Assembly (NCBI RefSeq): GCF_009914755.1
Contig: NC_060944.1
Length of the DNA: 64,000 nucleotides
From: the human T2T-CHM13v2.0 reference genome, Homo sapiens
Reading direction: 5' to 3' (one strand)
Positions within the stretch are counted from its first letter, which is position 1; every line of letters begins with the position of its first letter. A program made the position numbers and the translations under genes. The notes under the pieces are model-generated. The model searched no databases, was not told the origin of the DNA, and worked only from the letters and a program-made list of their open reading frames with translations. Of the stretch, positions 41,225-53,628 are shown in pieces.

Positions 41225-41980
41225 TCACCCCACCCCTCTACTTGAACTATGGGAACAACTGGTTCAATTCTCCATCATGCTTCACTTATCCAAATCTACA
41301 AGAGTTCTGCCCAGCTCTGAAAACATTAAGAAAATGGGAAGGGGGGTGTGGTCAGGAAGAAGTGAGAGAGGAAGTGTCCTGCCCTGGAGGGTGAGGGTGG
41401 GAGTGGAGGCTTCAAAGCCGCAACTTCATGCCTCCACGTGGTCCTGACCATGAAGGATATTTTAAGGCCTCCTCCCTCATCCACCCTGCCAGCCTCCTTC
41501 TAGGGCTGAAGGATTCATTCCCACCATCTTAGAGGGAAGGGGTGAGACAGCAGGACATTTTGTTTCCCAGAAAAAGCTCAGGTCAAATTTCAAGGACAAA
41601 AGTTAGCACTTGGTCTGGGAAAGAAAACTCTGCCAAATGGAATAAAGGGGGAGGGGGAGAACTCCAGTGAGGTCATTCCAGGTGCCTGGGGGTGTGGAGA
41701 GAAATCGGAACTCTGATTCTCCCTGCCAGGATCTGTCCGGCAGGATATGGGTATCGCCGCCTCATCACCCAGAAGTACTCAGACCACCCCCTACATTTCC
41801 CCTCTGTCCAAAAATGGGGAGCGGGGCGCTGTGGTACTAGTTTTTGGATCCCATCCACTATCCCACCCCGCCCCCAGCCCAACAGATTTGGTCTGAGCGG
41901 AAGAGGGTGGTGCCAGGAAGGGCTTTCCAGCCCAGAGATGTGGCCCAAACCGCTAGGAGAGGGACTGGTAGCTGGCTGGT

Positions 41981-41994
41981 GTTGCCATGGCAAC
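41981..41994. promoter_or_regulatory. RFX X-box (perfect palindrome GTTGCCATGGCAAC)
   Basis: Exact optimal RFX dimer site in non-repetitive, CpG-retaining DNA ~4 kb into intron 1. Confidence 0.75.
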
Positions 41995-42392
41995 CTCCTC
42001 CCTGCGCTGGATCGAAGCTTCCATCCTATGGGCAAATCAGAGCTGGCTGCTCCAGCTTCTCCGCCCTTCTCCCAGGCGGGAGGGGGAGAACTGGACGCTG
42101 AAACCACTTGGTCAGGCTCAAGAACACCAGGCTCAATTCCAGACCCTGATGTAACAACCCCCTTTGGCATCTGTTGGAAACTTGAGACACCCCAGCTCCC
42201 CAGCTAGGCCCCAAGGCAGAGTGTCAGGGCTGGGACTGTAGATGTGATTGGTGCAAATGAAGTGGTCAGGAAGAGCAGGGAACCAGTGGCTGAAATCCTC
42301 CCCACCCTCTTGACTGGCAGGCGAGTCTCCCAAATCCCTATGTTTAAGCCACTTCAAAGAAGGAGGGCCCAGCTCTACCTTAATAACTGTAA

Positions 42393-42401
42393 TGATGCAA
42401 T
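42393..42401 (+). promoter_or_regulatory. C/EBP-ATF composite element (TGATGCAAT)
   Basis: Exact AARE core; related TGATGTAAC at 42147-42155. Short motif, may be chance. Confidence 0.3.
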
Positions 42402-43938
42402 AAGATTAGCCTATTAAAATTATAAAGCTAGCATTTTGAGAATCAGCCTTCTCCCCTCCCCAAACCCACAGATTCTTTTCTACAGTCATGTTCAGAAACA
42501 ACTCTTTCTCAGTAATAAGATAGATAACAGCTAACATGTAGTGAGAGCCTACCTCATGCCAGGTACTGTACTAAGACTTCTGCACAGCACAAACAGCATA
42601 ATGGTTGATTAAAAGCATAGATGCTTAAGTCAGATTGCCCAAGTTCAAGGCTTCATTCCCTCACTTCCTGGCTGAGTGACCTTGGATGAATTAATATGTC
42701 TGTGCCTCAGTTTTCTCATCTGAAAATGGGGATGTTAACAGGATAGCAGTTTTATAGGCTTGCTATGAGGAATGAGTTAATATTTTTAAAATGCCTGGGA
42801 ATATGTCTCGCACAAAGGTAATCATTTGTAAAATGTTAACCCTATGCAGTCCATGTTATTATTTTTCTTCTTCCTTACAGATACGAAACCGAGGCCACGT
42901 GTCTAACTCCTCCCCGATTACAAACCCAGTGCCAACAAGGCTGGGCAACAAAACACACACACAAAAAAACGCCTCCAAGCACATGTTTCCCTAAAGCCCC
43001 AGCATCCTTGTGAAAGAGGGCAAAAGGAGCATCTCAAGAAGTAAGTTCAAAGTGCACGAGGGAAGATGCCCCTTGAGAGGAATTCTGGGAACCAGTAATG
43101 ACCAGCATCCTGGGCCCACGGCGGGCTAGAAAGAGGTGTGAAGAAGGCTCAGCTTCCTGTGCCCACCCCAATGGCCAAGGATCCCAAGTCCAAATCAGGA
43201 ATGTGCTCTGCCCCAGTTAAGGCTAATGAGAAAAAGGCTCCTTCTCACACCATTTCTCAGGAAACTAGCAAAAGGATGGCAACTAAACTCTGAAGATGGC
43301 TCTGGCTCAGTCTAGTTGGAAAAAGATGCATTTCAACATGAGTTGGAAGCAGCAACAAAGGGGAGGCTCCTAGATGAGCCGGAGGCCTGTCAGGGACACA
43401 CTTCTGAGACGGAGCCAGCAGAGACAGACAGGTATTAAGAAGGCCAGGGGAGGGAGGGGAGAAGAGGCAGGTAGAGCCACGCCTGTGTCCAGTATGGGAG
43501 AGACCATTCCATTGCTTTTAGAAATCAGTTCAGTGCAGTGCTGTTCTAAAAGAATAAATCCAAAAAGGCTTCTTTTAGGAGAAAATTAATGACTTTAAGG
43601 AGAACAGGAGAAATTAAGCACCAAGACAACGCTGCCTACTTCTGACTTTCACCAGACATTCATTATTTTTCCGGAAATGAAAGTTGACTTTCTCCCTCCC
43701 CCTCCCAAATTTGAAGCATCCCTCAAGAACAGACAGTGAGCACAAGATGCCCAAACCAAACTCTTGGTCGCCAGCCGCACCCCCAGGCCTCCTCACCTGG
43801 GAAACATTTTCTACACAGTAAGGTCTGGATTTCTTAAAAATCCTCTTTCAGAGGGAGGGCTACTGGTTTAATGGAAAGAGAACCATAAACCTGATTTTAG
43901 TCTCAGCTCTGTGGCTGCCTCACTAGATGACCTTGGCA

Positions 43939-44035
43939 TATATATGTGTGTGTGTATATATATATATATACACACACACCCATTCCAGGGCTTCAGTCAC
44001 ACACACACAAACACTCACACAAATACACACACACC
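43939..44035 (+). repeat. Compound (TA)/(TG)/(CA) microsatellite
   Basis: Read directly; a similar tract lies at 48998-49165. Confidence 0.9.
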
Positions 44036-46046
44036 CCCATCCATTTGCGGGCAAAAAGGGGATAGACAAGATGATTTCTAGGTCTCTTCCAAGTGAAATA
44101 CTAAAGAATTTCAAGAAGGCTGCTGGAAAAAACAAACATGAGTGGACCTTTAAAAATATCATTAATACTACTTGAAGTTATCTGTTCTGACTTAAGTGAA
44201 ACCAGAGCAAGTTGCCTGCAGCCTGCAATAACCAAGGTGTTTGACCCATGACACACAGCATGACTTTGAAGAAAAACTAAACCGCTCCTGCCTCTGATGC
44301 TCCTACAAACCCATGCTCCTGCCCAGCCTGGCTCTTGAGATCCAAGTGGACTGCTGACCACTCTACTGTGTTGGGGAGCCCCCTACTTCTTCCCACCTTG
44401 CCTTGTCCAGAATAATAATACAACCTCCCTCAGCTACATGAAGGCAGAAGTTAAACCTCTGAGCCTCAGTTGTTTTTTTCTGTAAAATGGTGATTATAAA
44501 AATGGTAAAATGTCTCTGCAGTAATCATCTTTACCCTTACCCCCATCCCCACCTCCAGGTCAATAGAAAGACAGGTCTATTGGGGATCTGCCTCACCTAT
44601 CCCCATTCATTCACCAGTCAACAAATTCTTCTGGAGAAAGGGCAGGAAGACATGCCCACCACTTCATCCCATGATGGAACCTTGGTGGCCAGGTTGATCA
44701 GACAAGGGTCCCCAAAGACTAAGTCTAAACCTGGGCCCAGGAACTTCCTAAAACCGTAGGCTACATTTTGTGGATGGTGCATATATGCACTTCGGGAGAG
44801 ATAGTCCATGTTTTCCTCAGAGACTTGAAAGTGCCCATGAAACCATTTTGCTCCTCAAGCACATACACTCCTCCAGCACATACACTCCTCTGTTTTGTTC
44901 CCCCATTGAATTCAAAGACTCTCGGATTTTCACCTTATAAAACACTGAACTCCACCCTCACACCATACAGAGCTTTGCATCGATACGATGATCCCCATTT
45001 CAGAGATGAGGAAATCCAGGCTCAGAGGTGGCATGACTTGCCCAAGGTCACAGCTAAGAAGTAGAGAATGAAGACTGGAACCTGATTCCGATTCCCAATC
45101 TGGCATTCTTTGGGGAACTCTCACCCAAGCCCTCTAGCTACCCCACCTGTTGGTGGATTCCCTTCCTCACCCCAGAACCAAATCCGGAGCTCTCATGTTC
45201 CTTCTGCCGGGTCCCAGGGCCCTAAAGAGTAGGTTTCCCTACAGCTCCCCACCCCTCGCTCTGGCTGAGGTTGTGCGCAGGCCTGGGAGGAGGAGGTTCA
45301 AGCCGCTGGCTGGTGGCCGGCTTCAGCCCACCAAGAAAGGCGACTCCAGGGACAAGAGCACCTGAGGTCAGGGGCACACACCAGCGGGCGGACAAGTGTA
45401 GAGTTGGCGCCGCCCTACACCTCTCTCCGGGAAGAGAGGGGAGGAAAGGCCGTCACCTGGCCGGTTCCCCTCCGTCTGCCCCAGGCGTATAAGAAGCAGG
45501 AGTCTGGAGCCCCAGCCCATGAGGGAAGGAGAGGAGAGATAAATGGGGGCGCTCAAGGCCTGGGGCGCCGGGCAGGGGTCTTGGGCAGGGATCCTCTGGA
45601 TGTGGCCAAGACAAAGATGGAGAGGTAAGGTCTGCGCGCCACCTCCAATGGCGGGGGGCGCGTCGGAGCCCCAGGGGTGGGACGGCCAAAGCCCAGGGCT
45701 TGAAGAGTGGGCACATTCAGGAGACTCAGGGAGGGTGGCAGGTCGGCTCCAGGGACGAGGCAAGGGGCCTCCAATAGGCGCGGGTGAGGAGGGAGATGGG
45801 TCCTGGCGACCCAAAGGGCCCACCTGCGGGAAAGGTGAATGCAGACAATCTCGGGGTCCCTGGGGGAGAAGGCCAGAAGGTAGCGCATCCTGGAGACCCT
45901 GGGGTCCCGTGGGTGCGGAAGGAGACCCTGGGGGCGCCTTCCCAGGGGATTGGGGGTGGGGAGGAGGGCGCACGGGTCGGGGAGGGGGCTACCGGACCTG
46001 GATCCCGGGACATCCCGGGGGTCTGGGGGGCGGGCCGCGCGCTTAC

Positions 46047-46143
46047 CTGCGTCCTCGTCGTCGAAGGAGTTCATGCACGGGAAGTAGATGGCGAGCGCCT
46101 CGAAGGAGGCGGACAGACTGAGGCGGCTCTGCGAGCGCTCCAT
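46047..46143 (-). CDS. RIMS4: RIMS4 coding exon 1 (97 nt, MERSQSRLSLSASFEALAIYFPCMNSFDDEDA + first base of next codon)
   Basis: ATG at 46143-46141 in gcgggcATGg context; translation matches the recalled RIM4-gamma N-terminus; ends at donor CAG|GTAAGC (46047|46046), phase 1. Confidence 0.97.
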
Positions 46144-46220
46144 GCCCGCGCCGGCGCCGGGCGCCTCGGCCGCGGCGGCGGCGGCGGCGGCGGGCGGCTT
46201 GGGCAGCTTGGCCGCCCCAT
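46071..46220 (-). CDS. Overlapping upstream ORF, 49 aa: MGRPSCPSRPPPPPPPRPRRPAPARAWSARRAASVCPPPSRRSPSTSRA
   Basis: ATG 46220-46218 in aagaATGg context (A-3, G+4), 77 nt upstream of the main ATG (out of frame); TGA at 46073-46071. Confidence 0.45.
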   Translation of the reverse strand: MGRPSCPSRPPPPPPPRPRRPAPARAWSARRAASVCPPPSRRSPSTSRA

Positions 46221-46248
46221 TCTTGACGCGGAGTACGGCGCGCGGCGT
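46144..46248 (-). CDS. RIMS4: Candidate ACG-initiated 35-aa N-terminal extension of RIMS4: (M)PRAVLRVKNGAAKLPKPPAAAAAAAAEAPGAGAG
   Basis: GCCGCCGCCACC directly precedes ACG (46248-46246); 105 nt upstream of and in frame with the ATG, no stop between. Confidence 0.45.
46173..46193 (+). repeat. (CGG)7 repeat in the RIMS4 leader (CCG on the mRNA strand)
   Basis: Counted directly. Confidence 0.95.
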
Positions 46249-46364
46249 GGTGGCGGCGGCCCGGGGCCGGGCCGAGGCTCCGCTGCGGGGCTGGCGGGCG
46301 CGGCGGGGCCGGCGGGCGGGCCAGGAGCTGGCGGCGCGCGGAGCCCGAGGCGCGCTGTGCTGCT

Positions 46365-46406
46365 GGCGGCGGCGGCGGCGGCGGCGGTGGCGGCGGCGGT
46401 GGCGGC
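46365..46406 (+). repeat. (GGC)7 GGT (GGC)3 GGT (GGC)2 interrupted repeat in leader/promoter
   Basis: Counted directly, 14 units. Confidence 0.95.
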
Positions 46407-46470
46407 GCAGCGCGCTCTGGTCCGCGGCGCCCCCCGCCGGCAGCGCGAGGCGGGCTTGGAGCGGCGCCGC

Positions 46471-46478
46471 AGCCAATC
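46471..46478 (+). promoter_or_regulatory. CCAAT box (NF-Y, AGCCAATC), reversed relative to RIMS4
   Basis: AGCCAATC next to GC boxes ~330 nt upstream of the ATG; typical spacing would put the TSS near 46380-46420 (inference). Confidence 0.55.
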
Positions 46479-47779
46479 CGTGCCGCCGGGGGAGGGGGCG
46501 CCGCTGCGGGGCGTGGGAGCCCGGAGGGCGCGGGCTGCGGCCTCTTCTAGCAGCCCCCGGGCCCGGCAGGTGCGCGCGGGGAGGCAGGCGCCGGGCGAGG
46601 TTGTCTGGGCCCTGGTCCGAGGGCTGTTCCCGACCCCGCCTCGGCCCCCACCCTCAGCCGGCCGACTTGCGGAGAGGCCGGCGTCCAGTCCCTCACCCAG
46701 ACAGGCCTCTCCCAGAGACACTGGCGCGCTCGGAGGGGATGCGCTCAAAGGGTCCCGCCCAGGCGGGTCGGCACTCGGCCTCCCACACAGAGACCCTCGG
46801 CTTCACACCTGCACCCACAGAGAAGCTCAAACAGGCACCCACACCTACACATTCACTCTGCAACATGCCCCGCAGACACCCGGACAGATACACCCACAGA
46901 CCCACCCCCTCACAGATGCGGGGACAGACACGTCCACGGACACACGCAGACTCACGCAGAGACCTGCAAACACACTCAGGGAGGTAGGCAGGACATCCCT
47001 GGTGCCCGGCCTCCCTCACGGGGAGACTCTCAGATGCCACAAAACCCCACGAAGTTCAGGTAGGCATACACAGTCTCATGCATTCACACTTACCAAAGAC
47101 ACCCCAGAATTCATACACACATTCATACACTCAGATGAACACACAAGCCCAGACCCAGCACACACTCTGTGTCGCCTCCCCCTGTGATCATCTCAGCACT
47201 GTCAAACACTCTGACTGACACGGCCAGATGCACACACCTTCACCCTCAGACACACTAGAGTAGCACACACACGCCAAGACACAGCCACACAGACTCCATC
47301 CCTCCCAGTGTGGGTGCATCCCGACGGATTGACTGACACCCTCAGACTCAGGTACACTGAGACACACTTGGCAGGCTCACACTCACAGACTCTCCCATTA
47401 TCACCCTCGGCGACCCGCAGTCCTCAGACACACACGGGCTCAGACACTCACAGCCCCAGGACAGAGACGAGCGAATCGGAAACCCGTGTTCCATTCCCTG
47501 CATGTGACCTGGGACGTGAGGGTCCCTGCCCACCTAATCAGGCCCCAGATGTCAAACAACCTTCTCAGCTGCTCGCACACCTCTTTATGAAGCCATCTGG
47601 CGACATGGAAACAGTTCAGGCCTCAGAAAGAGACAGCCCAGAGTTTGAATCTCAGCTGTGGTGCTGTCTTTCTGGGTGGCCTATGGCAAAACTCTTTATC
47701 CCATGGGTCCTGTTCCTCATCTGTACAATGGGGACAGGAGCCTTCCATTTTGGATGGTTGTGAACTGCCTGTAAGATAA

Positions 47780-48390
47780 CACAGGTGTTTGTTTTCTATT
47801 GCTGCATAACAAATGAAGCAGCTTAAAAACACCAATCTAGTGATTTACAATCCTGTAGGTCAGAAGTCTGGGCAGCCTGAGCTGGGTTCTCTGCTTAGGG
47901 CCTCACAAAGTATTGGCCAGACTGGGCTCTTCTCTGCAGGCTCTGGAGAAGAATCCGCTTCCAAGATCATTCAGGTTGTTGGCAGGATTCAGTTCCTTGT
48001 GGTTGCAGGACTGAGGTTCCTGTTTCCTTGCTGGCTGTCAGCCAGAAGTCAACCTCAGCTCCTAGAAGTGGCTTTCTGGTCCTTTCACCTGGCCCCTTCC
48101 ACCTTCAAGGCCAGTTTCAGGATGTCAAGCCCTTCTCATCCTTCAGTAGAATCTTTCTACCTTGGCTTCTGCTTACTGGCCTGAGAGATTCTGCTTTTAA
48201 AGGTCTCGTGTGATTAGATCAGGTCCACTCGCATGATGTCCCTTTGACATATAATGTAATATAATCACGGTAGCGATTCCTGATCAGGGTCGCAGTTTCC
48301 ACCCATGCTCACACAAGGGCGGGATCACACAAGGTATTACATAAGGGCAAGGATCACTGGAGTTATTCTGACACATCTGCCCATCACAGT
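47780..48390 (-). mobile_element. MLT1-type MaLR LTR ~1.3 kb upstream of the RIMS4 promoter
   Basis: ttttctattgctgcataacaaat...ggtcagaagtctgggc...ggcaggattcagttccttgtggttgcaggactgagg...gcccatcaca. Confidence 0.75.
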
Positions 48391-49371
48391 GTGCAAAACA
48401 CCTAGCACAGTGCTGGCCTTCGGCAGGTGCTCCTGAGCCCTAGCCCCTTCCCAGGGACCAGATCTAGACTTTGAGGCAGCCTGGTGTCATGGTTAAGAGT
48501 GCTGGTATAATCATCCCCATCTTGGTCAATGGCAGCTCCATTTTTCCACTTGTTTGGATCAGAAATGTTGGATACTTGACTCCAGTCTCACACACACCAC
48601 ATTCAATCCATCAGCAACTCCTGTCATTTCTATACACAAAATGTAACCAGAAACTGACCACTTCTCTGCCCCAAACCCTCCCATCTCACAGTCAAAGTCC
48701 ATGTTCTACAAGGTCCTAACTTCTTTGGCTCTGCCACCCCTCTGTCTTCATACCCAGGACACCCCGGTGGCTCACTCGGCTTCAGAACATCTGTACTGCT
48801 GTTCCCTCTGCCTGAAGCCCTCTCCCTTGCAAAGGGCTGTGTAGCTCACTCACAGATCTCTGCTCAAATGTCACTTTCCCTCTGAAGTCTTCCCTCACCA
48901 CTCTTTATGAAGTAGCAAAAACCCCTCCCTGAAATGCCAGATCCTCTCTACCCTGCTTTATTTTTCTCTGTAGCCCTCATCACCATCTGACATGTTTCAT
49001 ATATATGTGGGGGGGTACATGTATATATACAGATACACACATATTTATGTACATGTGTATATGCGTGTATGTATGTGCAAACACACATACATGTGTATAT
49101 GCATGTATATGTGTATGTGTTTGCATATATATATATATATACACACACATACACAACACACACATTTTTATTCTTGTTTATTTGTTTATCGTCTCTTTTT
49201 CCCCTTCCCAGAGCCCAGAAAGATGCCTGGCAAAAAGTTCGTGTTCTGTAAATAGTTGTTGATTGAATGAATAAATTCTCACACCAGCCATAGGAAGGAG
49301 ATAGGTATCCTTTGCATCCTCTCCCCATCTTACAGATAAAGAACTGAGGCTTACGAAGGGGAATGGACTTA

Positions 49372-49849
<478 letters not shown>

Positions 49850-50257
49850 TCATGCCTAAAATTCCATCCATAGGGTTTGGGCCTGTACACTTAAATCATT
49901 TACCCTTTGTAAATATGTAATGTTTCCCCATGGGAAATTTAAGTGGTCAGCCACTTACACCTGGGTATGAATAATGCATTCTAAGAACAAGTTTGGGGGG
50001 TGGAGAGGGATGCTTAAGAAAATGAATGAGGGAAGTGGTGGATGTGGATCCAGAGAAGGAAGGGATGGGAAGTCAGAAATGAACTTCCAGGTTGGAGTTC
50101 ACAGTCCAGTGAGATGGAGGATGCCAAGAACCAGGCAGCTCAGTGGAGTGGAGCGGAAGAAGCATTGCCTGACTTGGGTTTAAACGCCTGTCCTTATTTT
50201 ATTTATGTGACCTTGGGTATGTTCCCTCAAGGTTCTCATCAAAAAATGAGAGTAATG

Positions 50258-50666
<409 letters not shown>

Positions 50667-50894
50667 TTATTGCATGTAAATTCCAAGTGCTCACTATTGT
50701 ACCCAGCTCTACAAATACAGGGATGAATAAAACAGACCTGGTCTCTGCCTTCATGGAGTTTATAGTTTGGTAACATTAAACAAATAATTATGCTAATAAT
50801 TATTTAAATTATTTAATTACTACCTTATCTAATAGTTGCATAATAATAATTTTAATTGCAATTGTGATAAGTGCCATAAAAGATATATATCTAT

Positions 50895-50898
<4 letters not shown>

Positions 50899-50928
<30 letters not shown>
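50899..50928 (+). repeat. (TG)15 microsatellite
   Basis: Read directly. Confidence 0.95.
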
Positions 50929-50929
<1 letters not shown>

Positions 50930-50932
<3 letters not shown>

Positions 50933-51062
50933 AGTGAGATAGGGCGAGATGGGGTCTTGCTATGTTGCCCAGGCTGGTCTTAAACTCCTAGCCTCAAGCA
51001 GTCCTCCCGCCTTGACCTCCCGAAGTGGGTAGGATTACAGGCGTGCACCCCCATGCCCAGCC
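50930..51062 (-). mobile_element. Alu left monomer (FLAM or AluJ fragment)
   Basis: gagatggggtcttgctatgttgcccaggctggtct...ggattacaggcgtg. Confidence 0.85.
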
Positions 51063-51292
51063 CAGCATGCATATACGTTGCAGTGCATTTGTGTACATGT
51101 ATGTGCAGCTTCAAGTGGGTGGAGAGTCTGACCCAGCATGAGGAGAGGGAAGAAAGCTTCCCTGAGGATGTCATGTTCAAAATGGCACTTCCTATGTGCC
51201 TGGACTCTTCTTGGTCCTGTTCTTGGTCAAACTTGTTCTTAGAACACATTTTACTTATTTATATCGGTAACTAAACCAAATCACTGCCCTCA

Positions 51293-51613
<321 letters not shown>

Positions 51614-53543
51614 TAAAATAACTCCGGGGCTGCTCTGAGAGGGATGGATTTGAGTGAATTCAGAGAGTGCCTTGCCCCTTCTCTTCAGGTAAGTCCTGAT
51701 TTGAACCAAAAATCCATTGCTTGTTTTTTTGCCTCCTAGCAAAGGAAGATGGCTGAGAAAGGATGTCCCGGTGGAAAGGTGAAGTGGAGGAGTCTGAGTG
51801 ACAAAGGGTCCTATGGCCGGATAGGAGGCCATGGCTGGGGGAGGCTGAGACATGGATGGGAGGTAACAAGGCCTCGGCTAAGGAGAGGGCTGGGCCTGAA
51901 AGTTCCAGAGATCACTTGAGCAGGACTTGGTGACAGACTGGATGGGGTGAGGGTTGGGAAGGAAAAGGAGGAACAAAGACACTGCCAAGCTCTGAGCATC
52001 AAGAGAAACAGCACATACAGATGGAGCCCTCCTCTTCAGACACCTTTCCCTAAGCTGAAGCCTTCAAGGGAGTGCCCCTTAAATTTTACATATTTTGCAA
52101 GACCCAGCTGAGTGGCTTTCAGCTAGAGAAGTGACAAGTGGCTGGAATGTAGTTAGTTAAACCTCTAGGGGGTCCTATTTGCAGTTTTGTCCAAGAGAGA
52201 AAGACCGATCTTGTCTGTGTTCTGCCTGCTCTGTGTGTGTGTATGTATGTGTGTGTGTGCATGTGTGTGTGTAAAACTCCCCTGCTAATGTGCATGCCTC
52301 TGATAGATAAGCATTTCTGCATATCTGTGTCATTGTCTTTGAGGCAATAACCTTGTTTCTGAATGCATCCTTTCAAGGTGCATGTCCTCGTGTTAAATGT
52401 GTCCACTCTAGCTTTGAATGTGATATGTATCCTGGTCTTTGCATGTACTGATATGTGGGTATGTATGTGGGTGAAAGACATAAACAGACACACACAAAGA
52501 CAGAGAAAGACAGTGCCTGTCTCTGTGTGCACATGATCCATGTATTCCCGTTTCCATGTGGTTCTGTGATGTGTTTGTGTCTTCTGTTGATGGTGTGTCC
52601 TTCTGTGTGTTTGCCTTATCTCTAAGTGTATTGGTGTCTATGTGTAACTGAGTTGAGTTAGCCGTATTCGAGTGTCGGTGTAAGGTTTCTGTAATGCCTA
52701 CGCTTGTGTGTGTCTCTTTGCATCCTGGTCAGTGTGAATGCATCCCTGACAGTGTGTGAATGTTGCTTTGTGTGAACTTGTCCATGTTGACTGGTAGCTT
52801 GAGAGGGGACTCATATTTTCTTGGATTAATCTCAGTCTTTAAGTGGCTAACACATGCCTTAGAGCTAATAGGGATAGAGATATTAAAATCTGTTATAAAC
52901 TCCAAATCCCCTAACTACTTACCTAACCATTAATTTATTCTTTCATCTACCCATCCATCCATCCATCCATCTCTCCCTCCCTCCCTCCCTTTCTCCCTCC
53001 CTCCCTCTTGATTTCACTGGCATTTAGTAACTATGTAGTTATTTCTCTTAGGCGTGAGTTTTCTCATCTATAAAATGGAGATGATAATGTAGCTACCTGA
53101 TAGGGCTGGGGATATGGGGTAGAAATGGAAGTGGGATACCACATATAAAATACTTAACGTGTTGCCTAACACATAGTAGGTGCTCACTATATTAACGATT
53201 ATTGTCACATCATTGTGGTCACTGTGATTCAGCAAATTCTCATCAGCACTTTACTAAGGGCCACCCCTGAGCTAGAAGCTGGTGAGGCCCTATCCATAGC
53301 AGAGGCCATTAAGTGCCTCTGCCTCACCTTCTTGTGTGACCTGGGACAAAGCCTATGCCCTGTCTGAACCCATAGAGTGGGTAGAGCACTCTTGCCCCAC
53401 CTTCTTACAGAGATTCTGGGGGCATCTGCACTTCTGAACCTGCAAGGAGCTGTGCAGTTATGTAGCAGGTCAGGGGACATTCCAAAGCCTTAAAATGGCA
53501 GAGGCCTGTCCTGGGTCATCAAGAGGGTCAGGCAGAGCTGAGA

Positions 53544-53628
53544 CAAAGCCAGACCCCCTGGCACTTCAGGCCAAAGCCAGACCCACTGGCACTGACAGGC
53601 CAAAGCCAGACCCCCGGCACTGACAGGC
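53544..53628 (+). repeat. Three-copy 28-29 bp tandem repeat (caaagccagaccc.c.ggcact.caggc)
   Basis: Units at 53544-53571, 53572-53600 and 53601-53628. Confidence 0.9.

Larger units (their letters stand above)
45380..46800. promoter_or_regulatory. RIMS4: CpG island / RIMS4 promoter and first exon
   Basis: Very high GC and CpG density against CpG-poor flanks; GC boxes (e.g. ggggagggggcg ~46489-46500); no obvious TATA. Confidence 0.92.

Noticed and set aside
45784-47187. Long antisense ORFs over the CpG island (467, 299, 192 aa) and the full 307/225/201-aa minus-strand ORFs
   Set aside because: Low-complexity R/G/A/P products expected from stop-poor GC-rich DNA; the 307-aa ORF runs through the exon 1 donor into intron. 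Only exon 1, the ACG extension and the AUG uORF were kept.
53544-53628. CRISPR-like 28-29 bp direct repeats
   Set aside because: Head-to-tail with no spacers, no cas genes, mammalian context.
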